Shown here piece after piece: positions 46,102 to 57,011 of a DNA stretch of 64,000 nt; position 1 is the stretch's first letter; every line of letters begins with the position of its first letter. The stretch comes from Minutocellus sp. GHC0000111. Taxonomy: Eukaryota. Location of the stretch: positions 4,836,001 through 4,900,000 of the forward strand of contig OZ361257.1 of the NCBI GenBank assembly GCA_977018835.1, in the 5' to 3' direction. Both the position numbers and the translations under genes were made by a program. Below the pieces are notes generated by a model, which worked only from the letters and a program-made list of their open reading frames with translations, was not told the origin of the DNA and did not search any database.

Positions 46102-48285
46102 TCAAATGAAAGAGCCTGGTGGAAGGGAACCATCGCTACCAAAAGTACCGGGTGCATTGCAGTAGTACGAATTCACATCAACTTGGTGTTGCTGATTGCT
46201 CTCCATAGTCATGCGTTCAGCGTTTGAATCGCCGACGACTTCTGCCGATGGTTTTCCGGAATTAATATTCGCCGCCTCCGCCGTAGCCTGGGCCTTTTCT
46301 TTTTGCCTTCTAGCAGTTCGTTCGCTGGTATCGGCCAGCTTTGTCCATCGGAATCCAAGTTCATCCAGTCGTCGCACTTGTTCATCAGTCAACGGTTTAC
46401 TGCTTACTTTGTCGTCCGTCCGAGTTTTGTATGCCGCACGCTGGGCAACTACCCAGCGACCAAGTGGTGTGTCACTGCCAGTCACATTGCAATCGCCATT
46501 TTGTCGTTTATAGTCAACGAGCTCCGCGAGATAATCGTCCCAACTCAAACCCTTGGTGTACAGATACTTTTTATGCTCCCATTTGAAGCCAGCTTCCTCT
46601 AAAAGAAACATTCGTCCAAGAAATTTGGGCAGCGAGTCTTTGGTCGACAGGCGATCAAACCACAACTCCCGCTTGATTTTGCGCTGCTGAGAAATCCATT
46701 GTCCGATCTCACCCCCATCTTTTCCTCGTGGAGGAGTGCCATTTGCCGATATCATATCAAAATAAAGTCGGAAGGTGTTCATCCAGGCAACGTCATTAAT
46801 TGCCCAATCTCTAATCAAAAAAAGTTTGTCTTTGATGTTCTTTCGTACCTTCTCTGCTTCCTCTAGACGTTTTTTCGCGGACTCATAGAGAAGTTTTGCA
46901 TCTTCTACGGCCAGATTAGCCTTCACAAGTTGAGCATATTGCTTGGCCTGTTTCAGAATTTTCGGATTCATAACCCCTGCCGGTAAGGTAGGATTCAATG
47001 AGCCCGGTGGTGGTGTAAGATCAGACGGTGGCCGAAAAAAGGAGGAAGCGGGGACTTTAAATGGAGTCGAGGTATCACCAGAAGTAGACGGAGTTACAGC
47101 TTCCTTCGCCGAATTTGATGACGCAACCGCTGCTGTTGCTTCTGCAGCTGCCTTCGTTGCAGCTTCTACCTCCGTTGTACCACCGTTCGCCATGTTTGCC
47201 ATTGTCTTTGCCGCCGAAGCCTTGGCAGCACTTTCCTCGGCCCTTTTCTTTTGCTCATCTTCTTCAACAGCCTTGACCATATCATTCGGCATCGCAATGT
47301 CCATTGTCGGAGCCAAGTATCCACACCGTCGAAATTTTAACCTGATCGGCCGGCGACAAAAAGCGGCGAGGCATTGAGCCACACTGCCAAGCTGCTTTCC
47401 TTCAACGTCGATGCCGTTGATGGCAATCATTTCGTCCATTGGCAGCACACCAAGAGATGCCGCCGTGACATAATTGACTTTGTCAACAAGGATGGAAATG
47501 GTATTTTCTGGCTGCACCAGACCTAGACCAAGCGATTTGGTATGGAACGCCACCTCGTATTCGTACGTTTGTAGCGGTTTGGGCAGCTCTGCAATGGGCT
47601 TGGCGACTGATTTTTTGACGGATTTGGATGATTCATCGGATGCATCACGTTTGCGCTTCTTTCGAGCTGGACCAGCATGGTCACCATTGTCCGGTTCACC
47701 ATCACCACCACCAGCGACATCGGTTTGCTCCCCATCCTTCTGCTTCATCATCATCTTGTCGAGCTTGCCAAACTTATTGTCCTTCTTGGCCGTGCGGACG
47801 CCCAACCGCTCGAGTTCATTCTTGACCCACTCATGCGACGGTCCGTCGATATATCCCCCACCCTCCTTGTTGATTCCGCTGCCCAAACTCTTCCAATATT
47901 TGCACAGCAGGCGGGCAATTTCCAAATGCCGCTCCCCCTCGGCCACCGTGGGGAACGTCCCGAGGACGATGTTGCCGCCGCCGACGCTGGTGCCGCCGTA
48001 GCGGACATTGGGCGTCCTAGATCGTATCTCGGCCTTGCGGGCCTTGAATTCTTCTTTTTTGCGCTGGGCATCGGCTGCCTTGACGGCGGCTGCTGCGGCG
48101 TTGAGCTCGGACAGCTGCTGGGGACTGAGCATTCTTTTGGTGTTGGCGATATTCGTTGAGGTGGGGGTAGAGGCAGATGTGGCAAATGAAGCTGCAGCCG
48201 GAGAGCTAACGGTGATGCCTTCCATCGGCATGGTCGTACATAAGGCAGCAGGATCAGAGCCCCCTGGATTGGAAGACGGCTCCAT
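46102..48285 (-). CDS. Helicase-associated (HA) repeat protein with a PDZ-like domain
   Basis: WDDYLAELVDYKRQNGDCNV..LGRWVVAQR..LTDEQVRRLDELGFRW plus a degenerate upstream HA copy; SLGLGL...DEMIAING...RPIRLKFRR. Confidence 0.8.
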   Translation of the reverse strand: MEPSSNPGGSDPAALCTTMPMEGITVSSPAAASFATSASTPTSTNIANTKRMLSPQQLSELNAAAAAVKAADAQRKKEEFKARKAEIRSRTPNVRYGGTSVGGGNIVLGTFPTVAEGERHLEIARLLCKYWKSLGSGINKEGGGYIDGPSHEWVKNELERLGVRTAKKDNKFGKLDKMMMKQKDGEQTDVAGGGDGEPDNGDHAGPARKKRKRDASDESSKSVKKSVAKPIAELPKPLQTYEYEVAFHTKSLGLGLVQPENTISILVDKVNYVTAASLGVLPMDEMIAINGIDVEGKQLGSVAQCLAAFCRRPIRLKFRRCGYLAPTMDIAMPNDMVKAVEEDEQKKRAEESAAKASAAKTMANMANGGTTEVEAATKAAAEATAAVASSNSAKEAVTPSTSGDTSTPFKVPASSFFRPPSDLTPPPGSLNPTLPAGVMNPKILKQAKQYAQLVKANLAVEDAKLLYESAKKRLEEAEKVRKNIKDKLFLIRDWAINDVAWMNTFRLYFDMISANGTPPRGKDGGEIGQWISQQRKIKRELWFDRLSTKDSLPKFLGRMFLLEEAGFKWEHKKYLYTKGLSWDDYLAELVDYKRQNGDCNVTGSDTPLGRWVVAQRAAYKTRTDDKVSSKPLTDEQVRRLDELGFRWTKLADTSERTARRQKEKAQATAEAANINSGKPSAEVVGDSNAERMTMESNQQHQVDVNSYYCNAPGTFGSDGSLPPGSFI

Positions 48286-48709
48286 GGCGTCGAAGTGGGG
48301 CTGGCTGGTGGGCGAAGCAGCTCGTATCTTTTTCCATCACAAGATGTGTCGGATTTTACGGCCGGCCGGCCGGCCTTTGCACTAACTAATTAAATATAAT
48401 ATTACTGAAGGTTTTGGAAAAGGCCTTTAACTTCTGAATGATATCATAGGAAAATCTAAAAAGGCCTTGTATTTCTGAATGTCATCAGAGGCATCTTCTC
48501 AGGCGCGCGCCGGCGCCAGTCACAGCGCCTGTGACCAAAAACGGCTCTCTTGACAACAAAACCGGCGGATCAAAGCATTGAAAGAAGGAAGAGAGATCAC
48601 AAGGAACAGAACCAACGCATCCCCATAGAAGTGCACCTCTCCTGGCCGTATCTTCCTCCGATTTATTCTTTGGTGGATATTTCTCGCTTGCGTATCTTTT
48701 TTGGGCGGC

Positions 48710-50350
48710 ATGAGATTTGCCAGGATCGCCGTATCCGCCGTCCTCCTCTGGGGATCGGCCAATGATGTCACAGCAGGACGAGAAGCCGATGAGAGCTTGG
48801 GTACAAGCAAAACCACAAGCCCACCAGTGGCAGGCGCAAAGCATGCACCTGAACCAGCTTCGTTGATCCGAACTCGAAATCGAGGGGATCATCTTGCAAG
48901 TTCTCCTCATGCCTCTACTTTTCCGGACGAAGGTCGGCTTGTGACCAACCGGCAGCAACGACGAAATGATGCCGATGATCGGCACAACAAATACTACAGG
49001 CACCGCAGATCTTCTCCTCAACAATTGCACCTCAACGACTCAGCTCAGCGAGAACACACGGAAACGCTTCGAATCCAACCTCATCGGCGCTACAACAAGA
49101 ATGCAAAGCAAGCGCCGGATGATCGTAGTAACCCTCTTACCGAAGAGGAGAGCCAACCAGAAGCTCTCGAGGAGGGCAGATTACGCACGATCACAAGTCC
49201 AAGTAGCCATCAGGCTGAGTCACAGGAAGGACCCGAGACGAACATGCGACCATTGAACCATCGAGAACAAGATGCAATCACTCATATTCTTCCGGATCAT
49301 CCCGAAGCTACTTCGATTGTCAAGCGTCAACGCCGACGGCTACGACGGCGCAGCGGACAGCAGCAAGAAAATCAGCACAATATGCACACGCACGCTCATC
49401 ATCACCATCGGCATACCGTCTCCGAAGAAGTAACCACCGCCACATCCACAGCTCACGGCGAATCCTCTTCAGCAGACGCAAACAACAGCCAAGAATCATC
49501 CTCGCCAATTCCAACACACATCCTCTCTTCCCACCCAAATTTGCTCTCTCGAGACGCCGTCCTGGTCCGGGGTCACCAAACTCACCTATGCTGGACCGTC
49601 GACAATGGCCGGTACGACATCGGCACATTGATTGTATTGGACGAGTGCGACGTTGCCAATTCACACCAATACTTTCTTCGAGAAAACTATTCGTACGATG
49701 TCGAGACCGACAGCTACAGCTGGCTATGGAGGCCGATCGGGTGGGAGCTTTTGGAGTCTGACAGTGATGATACCAGTAGCAGGAACAGCGGAAAGAGCCA
49801 AAGCAATACACGCAAGAGTACTCTGTACGTCGTGGGACATAAGTATACCCTGTCTGCAGATTCTACACACTCTAATCACGGAGGCCGATGGCGGATGGTG
49901 CTGGATGAGCTGCCCGAGGGTGTCACCGACCCCCTGACGCAGGTATTCTGGACCATCGGCTCCCCCTCTCAGGGCAATGATATCGTGAGAACTACATCAT
50001 CATCAACCTATGGCGTTCTGGAATCTGATATCGACGTTGATCTTATGGGGATGGGTCAACATGCCTACTCGACACGCTTGTTCGTTGCCAACGAGGGTGA
50101 TGTGGCCGAGGTGGATGCGCCGGTAGTTTTGCGAACGGAGACGAGCATACACGAGGCGGTGGAACGAGCCCGTACGCTGGCTCGGACGCCGATACGGCAC
50201 GGACTGGATCAGTTCGAGGAGGAGGTTTACCAGCTGAATGGGCATTATGAAGATAATGAGCTTGCGGTAAATACAGGAGCTACAATGGTGGATGGCGGTA
50301 CCGTTGCGGGAGTTATTCCTGGCAAATGGAGCTACATCCGTGTTGCATAA
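48710..50350 (+). CDS. Secreted hypothetical protein, possible ricin B-like lectin subdomain
   Basis: Signal peptide MRFARIAVSAVLLWGSA; LCWTV...IVLDECD..NSHQYF. Confidence 0.65.
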   Translation: MRFARIAVSAVLLWGSANDVTAGREADESLGTSKTTSPPVAGAKHAPEPASLIRTRNRGDHLASSPHASTFPDEGRLVTNRQQRRNDADDRHNKYYRHRRSSPQQLHLNDSAQREHTETLRIQPHRRYNKNAKQAPDDRSNPLTEEESQPEALEEGRLRTITSPSSHQAESQEGPETNMRPLNHREQDAITHILPDHPEATSIVKRQRRRLRRRSGQQQENQHNMHTHAHHHHRHTVSEEVTTATSTAHGESSSADANNSQESSSPIPTHILSSHPNLLSRDAVLVRGHQTHLCWTVDNGRYDIGTLIVLDECDVANSHQYFLRENYSYDVETDSYSWLWRPIGWELLESDSDDTSSRNSGKSQSNTRKSTLYVVGHKYTLSADSTHSNHGGRWRMVLDELPEGVTDPLTQVFWTIGSPSQGNDIVRTTSSSTYGVLESDIDVDLMGMGQHAYSTRLFVANEGDVAEVDAPVVLRTETSIHEAVERARTLARTPIRHGLDQFEEEVYQLNGHYEDNELAVNTGATMVDGGTVAGVIPGKWSYIRVA

Positions 50351-50357
50351 ATTTATT

Positions 50358-51491
50358 CTATGGCAATCTATCTATTGAACTACTAGTACTGCCCCCCGCG
50401 TGGCCTTTTTCCAAACAAAAACCTTCCAAGTGACTCGTCTCTTTCTTCTTACTTTTGGACGACTCACGAGGAAAAATCAGGCAGAGAAGAAACTGAATCG
50501 CACCCAACACTGCACCCAATCCATTGGGAACGAATATGAACTTGTTCCCTATTGCACAACCGTAAGAGAACCAAAATATTCCATTGAGCAAGGTGGTAAT
50601 CATGGTACCAACGTGAATCGCATTGCTTGATTTTGTCTTGATGACTGTCGCAATTTTGCTTAAAGGGGCTCCGTAGAAAAAGAGAAGGTTGAGATTGGCG
50701 GCGATGCCAATCGTCAGAAGCCGAGCATTTTCGGTGATATAAGGTCGTCCCAGGGAGACGATGGCAATCAATATCAGCCAAATGGCCGATATTACGAGCA
50801 CCATGAGCTCGTGAGAAGCTGGTGCTGGACTCTTCTGGGCAGCGATGTCCCAAATGAGGGTGGAAAAGTCTACAATGGCTTCAGCAGCACCGCCGAATAC
50901 ACTTGTATTGCCGTCTTCAGTTTCCTTCTCAGAATCTTCTTCAGTGCACGCATCGACGGTTCCATCGTTTGATGAGCAAGTAGACGTTTCCATTTTGTCA
51001 TCCAAGCTTTCAACATTTTGCTCGTCGGCATTACTGGTAAATGTAGGAGCAGATGCAATTGGCCAAATCATATTGTTTGGCATGCCTTCTTCTGCAATGA
51101 TCACCTTTTCAACAATATCCTCCAATTCTTGCCGATAAAACGTCTTTTGAGAGTGTTCCTCCAGTGCAGCAATGATAGCTGCCTGCATTTCGCCAGAGCG
51201 GTAGTTCTCATAGTTCAATTTGATTGCCTGAACATTTAGCCAAATTGAAAGAATATAACCCGATGCATTCGGTATGAACACATACATGTTGCCAAGCATG
51301 ATAGCATAGCAGCACCATCCCAGGCACTTTCCCATCATCACCGCCCAAGGAGTTGGGTTGAGATGGCCAAGATGACCCTCTCTCGAGGCGTGGAGGACGG
51401 CGCGGTAAGGCGCGAATGATAGAAACGTTCCCGTGATGACGCCAAGTCCAGGAATTACGTGTTGCAGGAGGATGTCGTGAAAGGAGGACAT
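50358..51491 (-). CDS. SWEET (MtN3/saliva) sugar transporter with a long acidic central loop
   Basis: FAPY..V, LNPTPW, FIPNASG; FYGAPL..I..VIKTKS, WFSYG, FVPNGLG. Confidence 0.9.
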   Translation of the reverse strand: MSSFHDILLQHVIPGLGVITGTFLSFAPYRAVLHASREGHLGHLNPTPWAVMMGKCLGWCCYAIMLGNMYVFIPNASGYILSIWLNVQAIKLNYENYRSGEMQAAIIAALEEHSQKTFYRQELEDIVEKVIIAEEGMPNNMIWPIASAPTFTSNADEQNVESLDDKMETSTCSSNDGTVDACTEEDSEKETEDGNTSVFGGAAEAIVDFSTLIWDIAAQKSPAPASHELMVLVISAIWLILIAIVSLGRPYITENARLLTIGIAANLNLLFFYGAPLSKIATVIKTKSSNAIHVGTMITTLLNGIFWFSYGCAIGNKFIFVPNGLGAVLGAIQFLLCLIFPRESSKSKKKETSHLEGFCLEKGHAGGSTSSSIDRLP

Positions 51492-52088
51492 GGTCTTCCT
51501 CGGATTTTCATTCGCCAAAGATAAATGAATGAATTCCAGTGATTGGAGGCGGTGTGATGATGCGGGTGGAAATGGTGCAACTCCGTCTTGTGTGCCGACA
51601 CTACACATGCCCTGCCTCGACGAGACTCGGCGACCCGACGACTCCTTCGAAATCTGAATCATTACTTTGCAGCACATGATCATGCGGCCTGCGGCCCAGG
51701 GAGTGATGGTCGAAACCTTCTGCAGCTACCACACGCACAACGTGCCATTCTACCGACAGCAATGGTAACACCTCGCATCATGTGAGCTGAAATGCAGGCA
51801 CGGATGAGCGCTACATGTACTGACCTTGGCTGCATGTCAAGCTGCGGAGCGTATCTTTTGACTCTGCCTGCCTTGCTTGTGGTGCCGAAGAGGACCCCTC
51901 ATTTTCTTCTCGGGGTAATGAGAACGCACCCGCCACCCCGCCACCGCTACCGCCCAGATATCTTGCATGTCACATGTTTCAGGCGCTACTAACACAGCCC
52001 ACGTGCGCTATTACTAGCTATTAGCGCTCAACCTAGTAGCTAGCTACACGAAGCACAACTTTTCCATTCAGCCCTGCCTGTTTTTTAG

Positions 52089-52814
52089 ATGTGTGGCAGA
52101 ACTGGCCTCGTTCATCTCTTTGTATTGCTCGGCACATTCATACGCCCGGCGTCGTCCTTCGCAATCACAAAAACGCCCTCCAGGATATCAAAGCAAGTTG
52201 TGGTGACAACACCAACGAACAATGCGTACAAGCAGCTCTCATCGCTTGCAGCGCCAGTGCCACATATATCAACAAATCAATTTTCTTTGCTTCATCAAAG
52301 CAGAAATAACGACGATGAAGATGAAGTTGATAACAAGTCGCAAAGTAGACCCGAACAAAGTACATCCCTCTTGACCGACCGCATCCAGAACGCCGATCCG
52401 TTGGAGATTTGTCTCGACGCTACGCTTGCATCAATATATGTGTTCTGCAGATTCCTGATATTTGATATAACGACAGGAGCCAAGGATCACCCCGGTTGGG
52501 AGTTCAAGGATGTTCTGTGGCTGCTTCAGACTTCATCGAGCGCTATTTTACTGGCTGCATTATGGACCGGCGCTGGCCTCATTACAAGGATATTTGAAGA
52601 TGGTAGCTACGAAGTGAACATACTAAAAGTACTCGGTACGGTCGTGCTTGCGGCTCCTATTTGGTTGCTGTTGGAGATACAGTTCGGGTGGCCACCAGCT
52701 GGATTGTTGTATGCCGAGGGAGCTGATGATGTGATAACGCTTGTTTTGACTGGAAGCGTCGGCCTTTGCTCGGTCATGCTTCTCGGCAAGTACTTGACGT
52801 CGGGGTGGCGATGA
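52089..52814 (+). CDS. Plastid-targeted hypothetical membrane protein
   Basis: ASS|FAI presequence; about 4 TM helices. Confidence 0.7.
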   Translation: MCGRTGLVHLFVLLGTFIRPASSFAITKTPSRISKQVVVTTPTNNAYKQLSSLAAPVPHISTNQFSLLHQSRNNDDEDEVDNKSQSRPEQSTSLLTDRIQNADPLEICLDATLASIYVFCRFLIFDITTGAKDHPGWEFKDVLWLLQTSSSAILLAALWTGAGLITRIFEDGSYEVNILKVLGTVVLAAPIWLLLEIQFGWPPAGLLYAEGADDVITLVLTGSVGLCSVMLLGKYLTSGWR

Positions 52815-52913
52815 GATGAAAATAAGTAGAGAACGGTTTGATACTGCTCTAATTTATCTGACTCCTTGCTTTACAATGTTTGCCCAAAAAGGCATGTATA
52901 CCACTCCTGCATT

Positions 52914-54065
52914 TTACTCGCCATTGATCCACTTCTCAATCAAATTTTCATCTTTCACACGCTTCTTTAGCGCCTGAGCACCCTTGCACTCAGCCCTATG
53001 GCCGTCATCATCATGCCAGTGCTTGTGCTGGCACTCTGCGCTACAGTAGCAGTACGCATGACATCCCATGCAGAGCTTTCTCGTGGTACGATCAAGAGAT
53101 TTCTCACATGCGGCACAAACGCGCCTCAAATCAAGGAGGCCGCGGCGAATGCTAATCAAGGCAAGTACTCGCTCAGTGCGCAGATTATCTTTCTCACCAG
53201 GAGCAAATTGAAGAAACCCTGTCCTCTTTACGACATCCGCCCAAACCTTCGCCTGTGGGACATCGGACAATTTCACATTCATTTTCAAGGCACAAAGAGC
53301 AGCAACACTCTTCTTGTCTGGTAAATCGGAACAAAAAATTGCTTCAGTGCTCCATTTCCTCGAAGCAGAAAAGTCACCAATTGATTCGTAAATGAATCCG
53401 CACTCTAATTGGGCGGTGGGATTGCCATCCTCGGCCAGGGGCAAAAGAATCGAAAGAGCTTTCTCATTCCCCTTTGGCGTGTTGAGCTCTCTGTACTTTG
53501 ATGCAATATCTGAGTACCCAACAAGGCAATGACCATTGAGCCCGGGGGCAATCGATCTGGCACGATCTAGTAAATCCGCAGCCTCGACCAAATCGCACTT
53601 GCATCCCATACCTGCTCGCAAACGAGCGGATAGGCACAACATCGCGGCGGGATGACCCTTCTTAGCGGCAATTCGGTAACGAACAGCCTCAAAATGGTCG
53701 CCTCGAGCGTCAGAGTAAGTGCCCAACAGATACTTCGCCCACGCCTTCCCTTTCTTTGCGTGCTTCTTCAATGCGGGTGCAATTTCACTCGAAACTTTTG
53801 AGTAGTCCGCCGAGCAAAGTTTACATTTCAGTCTCCTTGGGGCGCCCTGAGCATTGCCCTGTTGGCAGCAATCGCTGCAAACCCTCTTGCCGCAACACTC
53901 AATTATGTAGGATCCGATGTGAGCAAACGCAATTATCTCGATCAATCCGTCTGAAAATTGCTTGAAACACATTGCGCACGCGTCCGGGTCATCATTGGTG
54001 CAGGTGATCCCCTTGAGGGGATGAGCAGGCATTGGTTGGCGCGTCATTTGTTGTTTCTTGCACAT
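52914..54065 (-). CDS. MYND zinc finger / Sel1-like repeat protein with an N-terminal Cys-rich (RING-like) region
   Basis: CAAC...CMGC...YC.SAECQHKHW...H..EC; AKKGKAWAKYLLG, AAKKGHPAA, AEDGNPTAQ; CAMC..CCGK.VC..C..CKLC. Confidence 0.85.
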   Translation of the reverse strand: MCKKQQMTRQPMPAHPLKGITCTNDDPDACAMCFKQFSDGLIEIIAFAHIGSYIIECCGKRVCSDCCQQGNAQGAPRRLKCKLCSADYSKVSSEIAPALKKHAKKGKAWAKYLLGTYSDARGDHFEAVRYRIAAKKGHPAAMLCLSARLRAGMGCKCDLVEAADLLDRARSIAPGLNGHCLVGYSDIASKYRELNTPKGNEKALSILLPLAEDGNPTAQLECGFIYESIGDFSASRKWSTEAIFCSDLPDKKSVAALCALKMNVKLSDVPQAKVWADVVKRTGFLQFAPGEKDNLRTERVLALISIRRGLLDLRRVCAACEKSLDRTTRKLCMGCHAYCYCSAECQHKHWHDDDGHRAECKGAQALKKRVKDENLIEKWINGE

Positions 54066-54555
54066 TGGTATCTGACCAAAGTTGAAACTACCCAAAACAT
54101 TAACGGCAATAACAATTATGCGGAAACACCGATTATGCAAATCTACCAATAGCGATGAAGCAGCTGCTGCTGGTGCGCGGTTACCGTCCCTTCGGCCGTC
54201 CGTTCGGCCAAACAACAAGCGGTATCTGCTGAGATCGAGATTGCAGAGGCATCGACAAAAGACAAGTGGAAAATGAAACTTCCCGTTTTCTGTCTGTATT
54301 CAATATTTTCATTGCCCAATAATTTTATCTAATGGTGGAACAAAAGTTAGCGTTTTTCATAGCTCAAATGTCACGTTTTCGACAAATCGGGCTTTTCAAG
54401 TAGTTCCTGGTTCAACCAGCCTCCTGCGACGCCTGCTTAGCCGATATCTACCAGTAACTTCCCGGCCGACAAGGAATCTATGGTAGAATCGAATCTCTGC
54501 TTAGAGCTCTACCAACTTCTCCCGGCAGAGTACCGCAGCAATCCGTCTGATCACC

Positions 54556-56040
54556 ATGTCCAATAATAACCAACCGCCAACTTCCTCCACCAACCGCAGC
54601 GGCGGTGGCACCAAACGGTCAAGACCGGCACGTCCACCGGGCTACCCCCCAAACTATCCGCCACCACCACCTCCCATGGTGTTCAATCCCTTCTGGTTGT
54701 GCTGCCTGTGCTGTCCAGACGACCTATCAACTCGAATATCCTCCTGCGTGTCCAACGCCGCCGACTCAGCCTTTGAGGGTGCCGCCGAATGCGTCGGCCA
54801 AGTCATCGCTTTCATTTTTGGTCCGCTCATGATATTTCTGGGCCCGCTCATGGTGGTGCTGGCGTTGGGAATTATTGGGCTGCTTTCCTATGCCTTCTTT
54901 ACCATTGTGCTGCCCATGCTGGCCGGATCGGAGGGTGTGTTCGGTTATAAGGGGTTGCTGCACATAGCAATTGTGGCATTCATTTTGGTAAATGTGCTGT
55001 TCAATTTCTACAAATGTTTAACGGTGAAGAATGACCATAACAGTGCGGAATATCAAGAGGTGGTCCGTGAATTGGCGTTGGCAACTGGTGTTCAATACCC
55101 GGAGAGTGAGAAGGAGACGGAAGCATTTCGACTGGAAATTGAGAAGAAGTTGAAGGATAGATCAGATGAGAAGAGGGGACGTGCGAGGGAATCTGCGCAG
55201 CAAGATTCGGGTATCAATGTCGACAAAGAATCTAATTCGCAGAATGTCGGGCTAAGAAAAAGGCCGAGTGGAACCACCGCCAACGATGAGAAAACAAAGC
55301 ATGAGGCGAGTAAAGCATCCACACCTTGCAAACAAATGAGAATACCAGCCTGGATGCTTCTTAGGCCAGAGGAATGGGGCTATTGCAACCACTCTGGACT
55401 GCCGAAGCCACCGCGTTCACACTACGACTCTGTGACGAAATGCTTGGTCCTCAACATGGACCACTATTGCCCCTGGACATTCAATTCGGTGGGATATTGC
55501 AATTATCGATACTTTGTGACATTTGTATCGCATGTTTTCTTTGGAATGGTTTATTCGCTGTATATTGCCTATTTGCCTTTTATGAATCGGAATGGGGAGC
55601 TGTATGAGAGATATATTCAGCTTCGTCGCCAAGCCGGACACGCAACAATTCAGCATATGATTCCATTCGTTCCAACACCCGAAGAGCGATTCACAATAGC
55701 GGTTGCGTACGTGTTTGTAATTCTGACATTTCTCGGCGTCGGTTATCTCTTCTACTTTCATCTTCGGCTCGTGTTGTCGGCCCAGACGACTATTGAAGAG
55801 AGAGGCAATAAAAGTCGGCAAGAGGCAGCAGACAGGGCTGGTAAGAAATGGAGAAATCCGTATTCTTTGGGATCCAAGTCGAATTGGCAAATGGTATTTG
55901 GAACGCAACATTCACTGGTGGCGCTTTTGCCCTCATCTCGAGCTCCTGAATTCTTACCATTGCCTGTAAATGGTAAACTTGTTCGAAGAGGCCAGGTCGA
56001 AGCAGCCACGAAAGAAAGCATAGGATGTAATGTGGTATAA
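54556..56040 (+). CDS. DHHC-family protein S-palmitoyltransferase (DHYC variant)
   Basis: KPPRSH..MDHYCPW.FN.VG..NYRYF, QTTIE, NPYSLG...NW; 4 TM helices. Confidence 0.9.
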   Translation: MSNNNQPPTSSTNRSGGGTKRSRPARPPGYPPNYPPPPPPMVFNPFWLCCLCCPDDLSTRISSCVSNAADSAFEGAAECVGQVIAFIFGPLMIFLGPLMVVLALGIIGLLSYAFFTIVLPMLAGSEGVFGYKGLLHIAIVAFILVNVLFNFYKCLTVKNDHNSAEYQEVVRELALATGVQYPESEKETEAFRLEIEKKLKDRSDEKRGRARESAQQDSGINVDKESNSQNVGLRKRPSGTTANDEKTKHEASKASTPCKQMRIPAWMLLRPEEWGYCNHSGLPKPPRSHYDSVTKCLVLNMDHYCPWTFNSVGYCNYRYFVTFVSHVFFGMVYSLYIAYLPFMNRNGELYERYIQLRRQAGHATIQHMIPFVPTPEERFTIAVAYVFVILTFLGVGYLFYFHLRLVLSAQTTIEERGNKSRQEAADRAGKKWRNPYSLGSKSNWQMVFGTQHSLVALLPSSRAPEFLPLPVNGKLVRRGQVEAATKESIGCNVV

Positions 56041-56207
56041 ATGATATTAATTCAAAATTTGATGTCACAGCGTAGCCATTTTTGCTTTTGTCAATATCCC
56101 ACATGAATTCCATCTCCATCATTCGCATTATATTTCAATCAAATGCGAAAGCGACTTCTTATTCAAACGAAAAAATGTGTTTCTCGCGACAAATCTCCGT
56201 CGACAGT

Positions 56208-57011
56208 CTATCGACCAAGCTGGATATCGATCAGCGGTCCTCTTCCCATCCTTGGGTCTCTCGGGTCAACATTCATCTTTTGCATGACCACGTCCCTGTA
56301 GCTTGGGTCGTATGGCTCGTCTTCTTCCTGGGGTTGACTGCCACGACCAAACCCTTGTCCTGCACCACCTCTCTTCTTGACTCCGTCGACGCGTGCCTCG
56401 GCAAGGGCCTTGACGAACTCACTTTTTTCAAAGAAACTCTTGGTGCTCACACCGAGGGACTGCAACTCCTTCTTGAGGTCGCCAACCTTCATGGTCTTGC
56501 ACTTCTCCATTTCCGCCTTGATCTTCTCTTCTCTGGATGCGCCGCTATCAGCGTTACCACCGCCGGCACTGGTACTTGATCCCGAAGATGTCGTAGAGGA
56601 TGAAGCAGACGTATCTCCATTTACTTTTGCGCCGTTGATGGGCGTTTTCCCCTCGGCCCGGGCCTTCTTGAGTGCGTCGACCAGCTCGCTCTTCTCAAAG
56701 AAGGACTTGCACGATATGCCGTAACTTTCAAGTTCTTTGCGAATTTCTCCCGCCCTCATCGACTCGATATCCTGCAAGGCCTCGGCATATAGCTGCGTGT
56801 TCCTCATGTGCGTAGGATCAAATGGAACATTTTTGGCAGCGCTTGCCGTTGCCAAATGCTTGCTGATGGGAACGAATGACTGGGCGCACGGAAACAGGGA
56901 TGAGAACATGACGCACGCCATCGTAAGGGCTATGATGGTTCCGTATCGTCGGTTCGAGCTGAACGCCGGTTGTGCCATGTTAGCTCTGTGGGATATTCTC
57001 GTTCGTGTCAT
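56208..57011 (-). CDS. Plastid-targeted SAP/HeH-like double-repeat protein
   Basis: CAQS|FVP presequence; repeats MRAGEIRKELESYGISCKSFFEKSELVDAL and MKVGDLKKELQSLGVSTKSFFEKSEFVKAL; YDPSYRDV. Confidence 0.85.
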   Translation of the reverse strand: MTRTRISHRANMAQPAFSSNRRYGTIIALTMACVMFSSLFPCAQSFVPISKHLATASAAKNVPFDPTHMRNTQLYAEALQDIESMRAGEIRKELESYGISCKSFFEKSELVDALKKARAEGKTPINGAKVNGDTSASSSTTSSGSSTSAGGGNADSGASREEKIKAEMEKCKTMKVGDLKKELQSLGVSTKSFFEKSEFVKALAEARVDGVKKRGGAGQGFGRGSQPQEEDEPYDPSYRDVVMQKMNVDPRDPRMGRGPLIDIQLGR

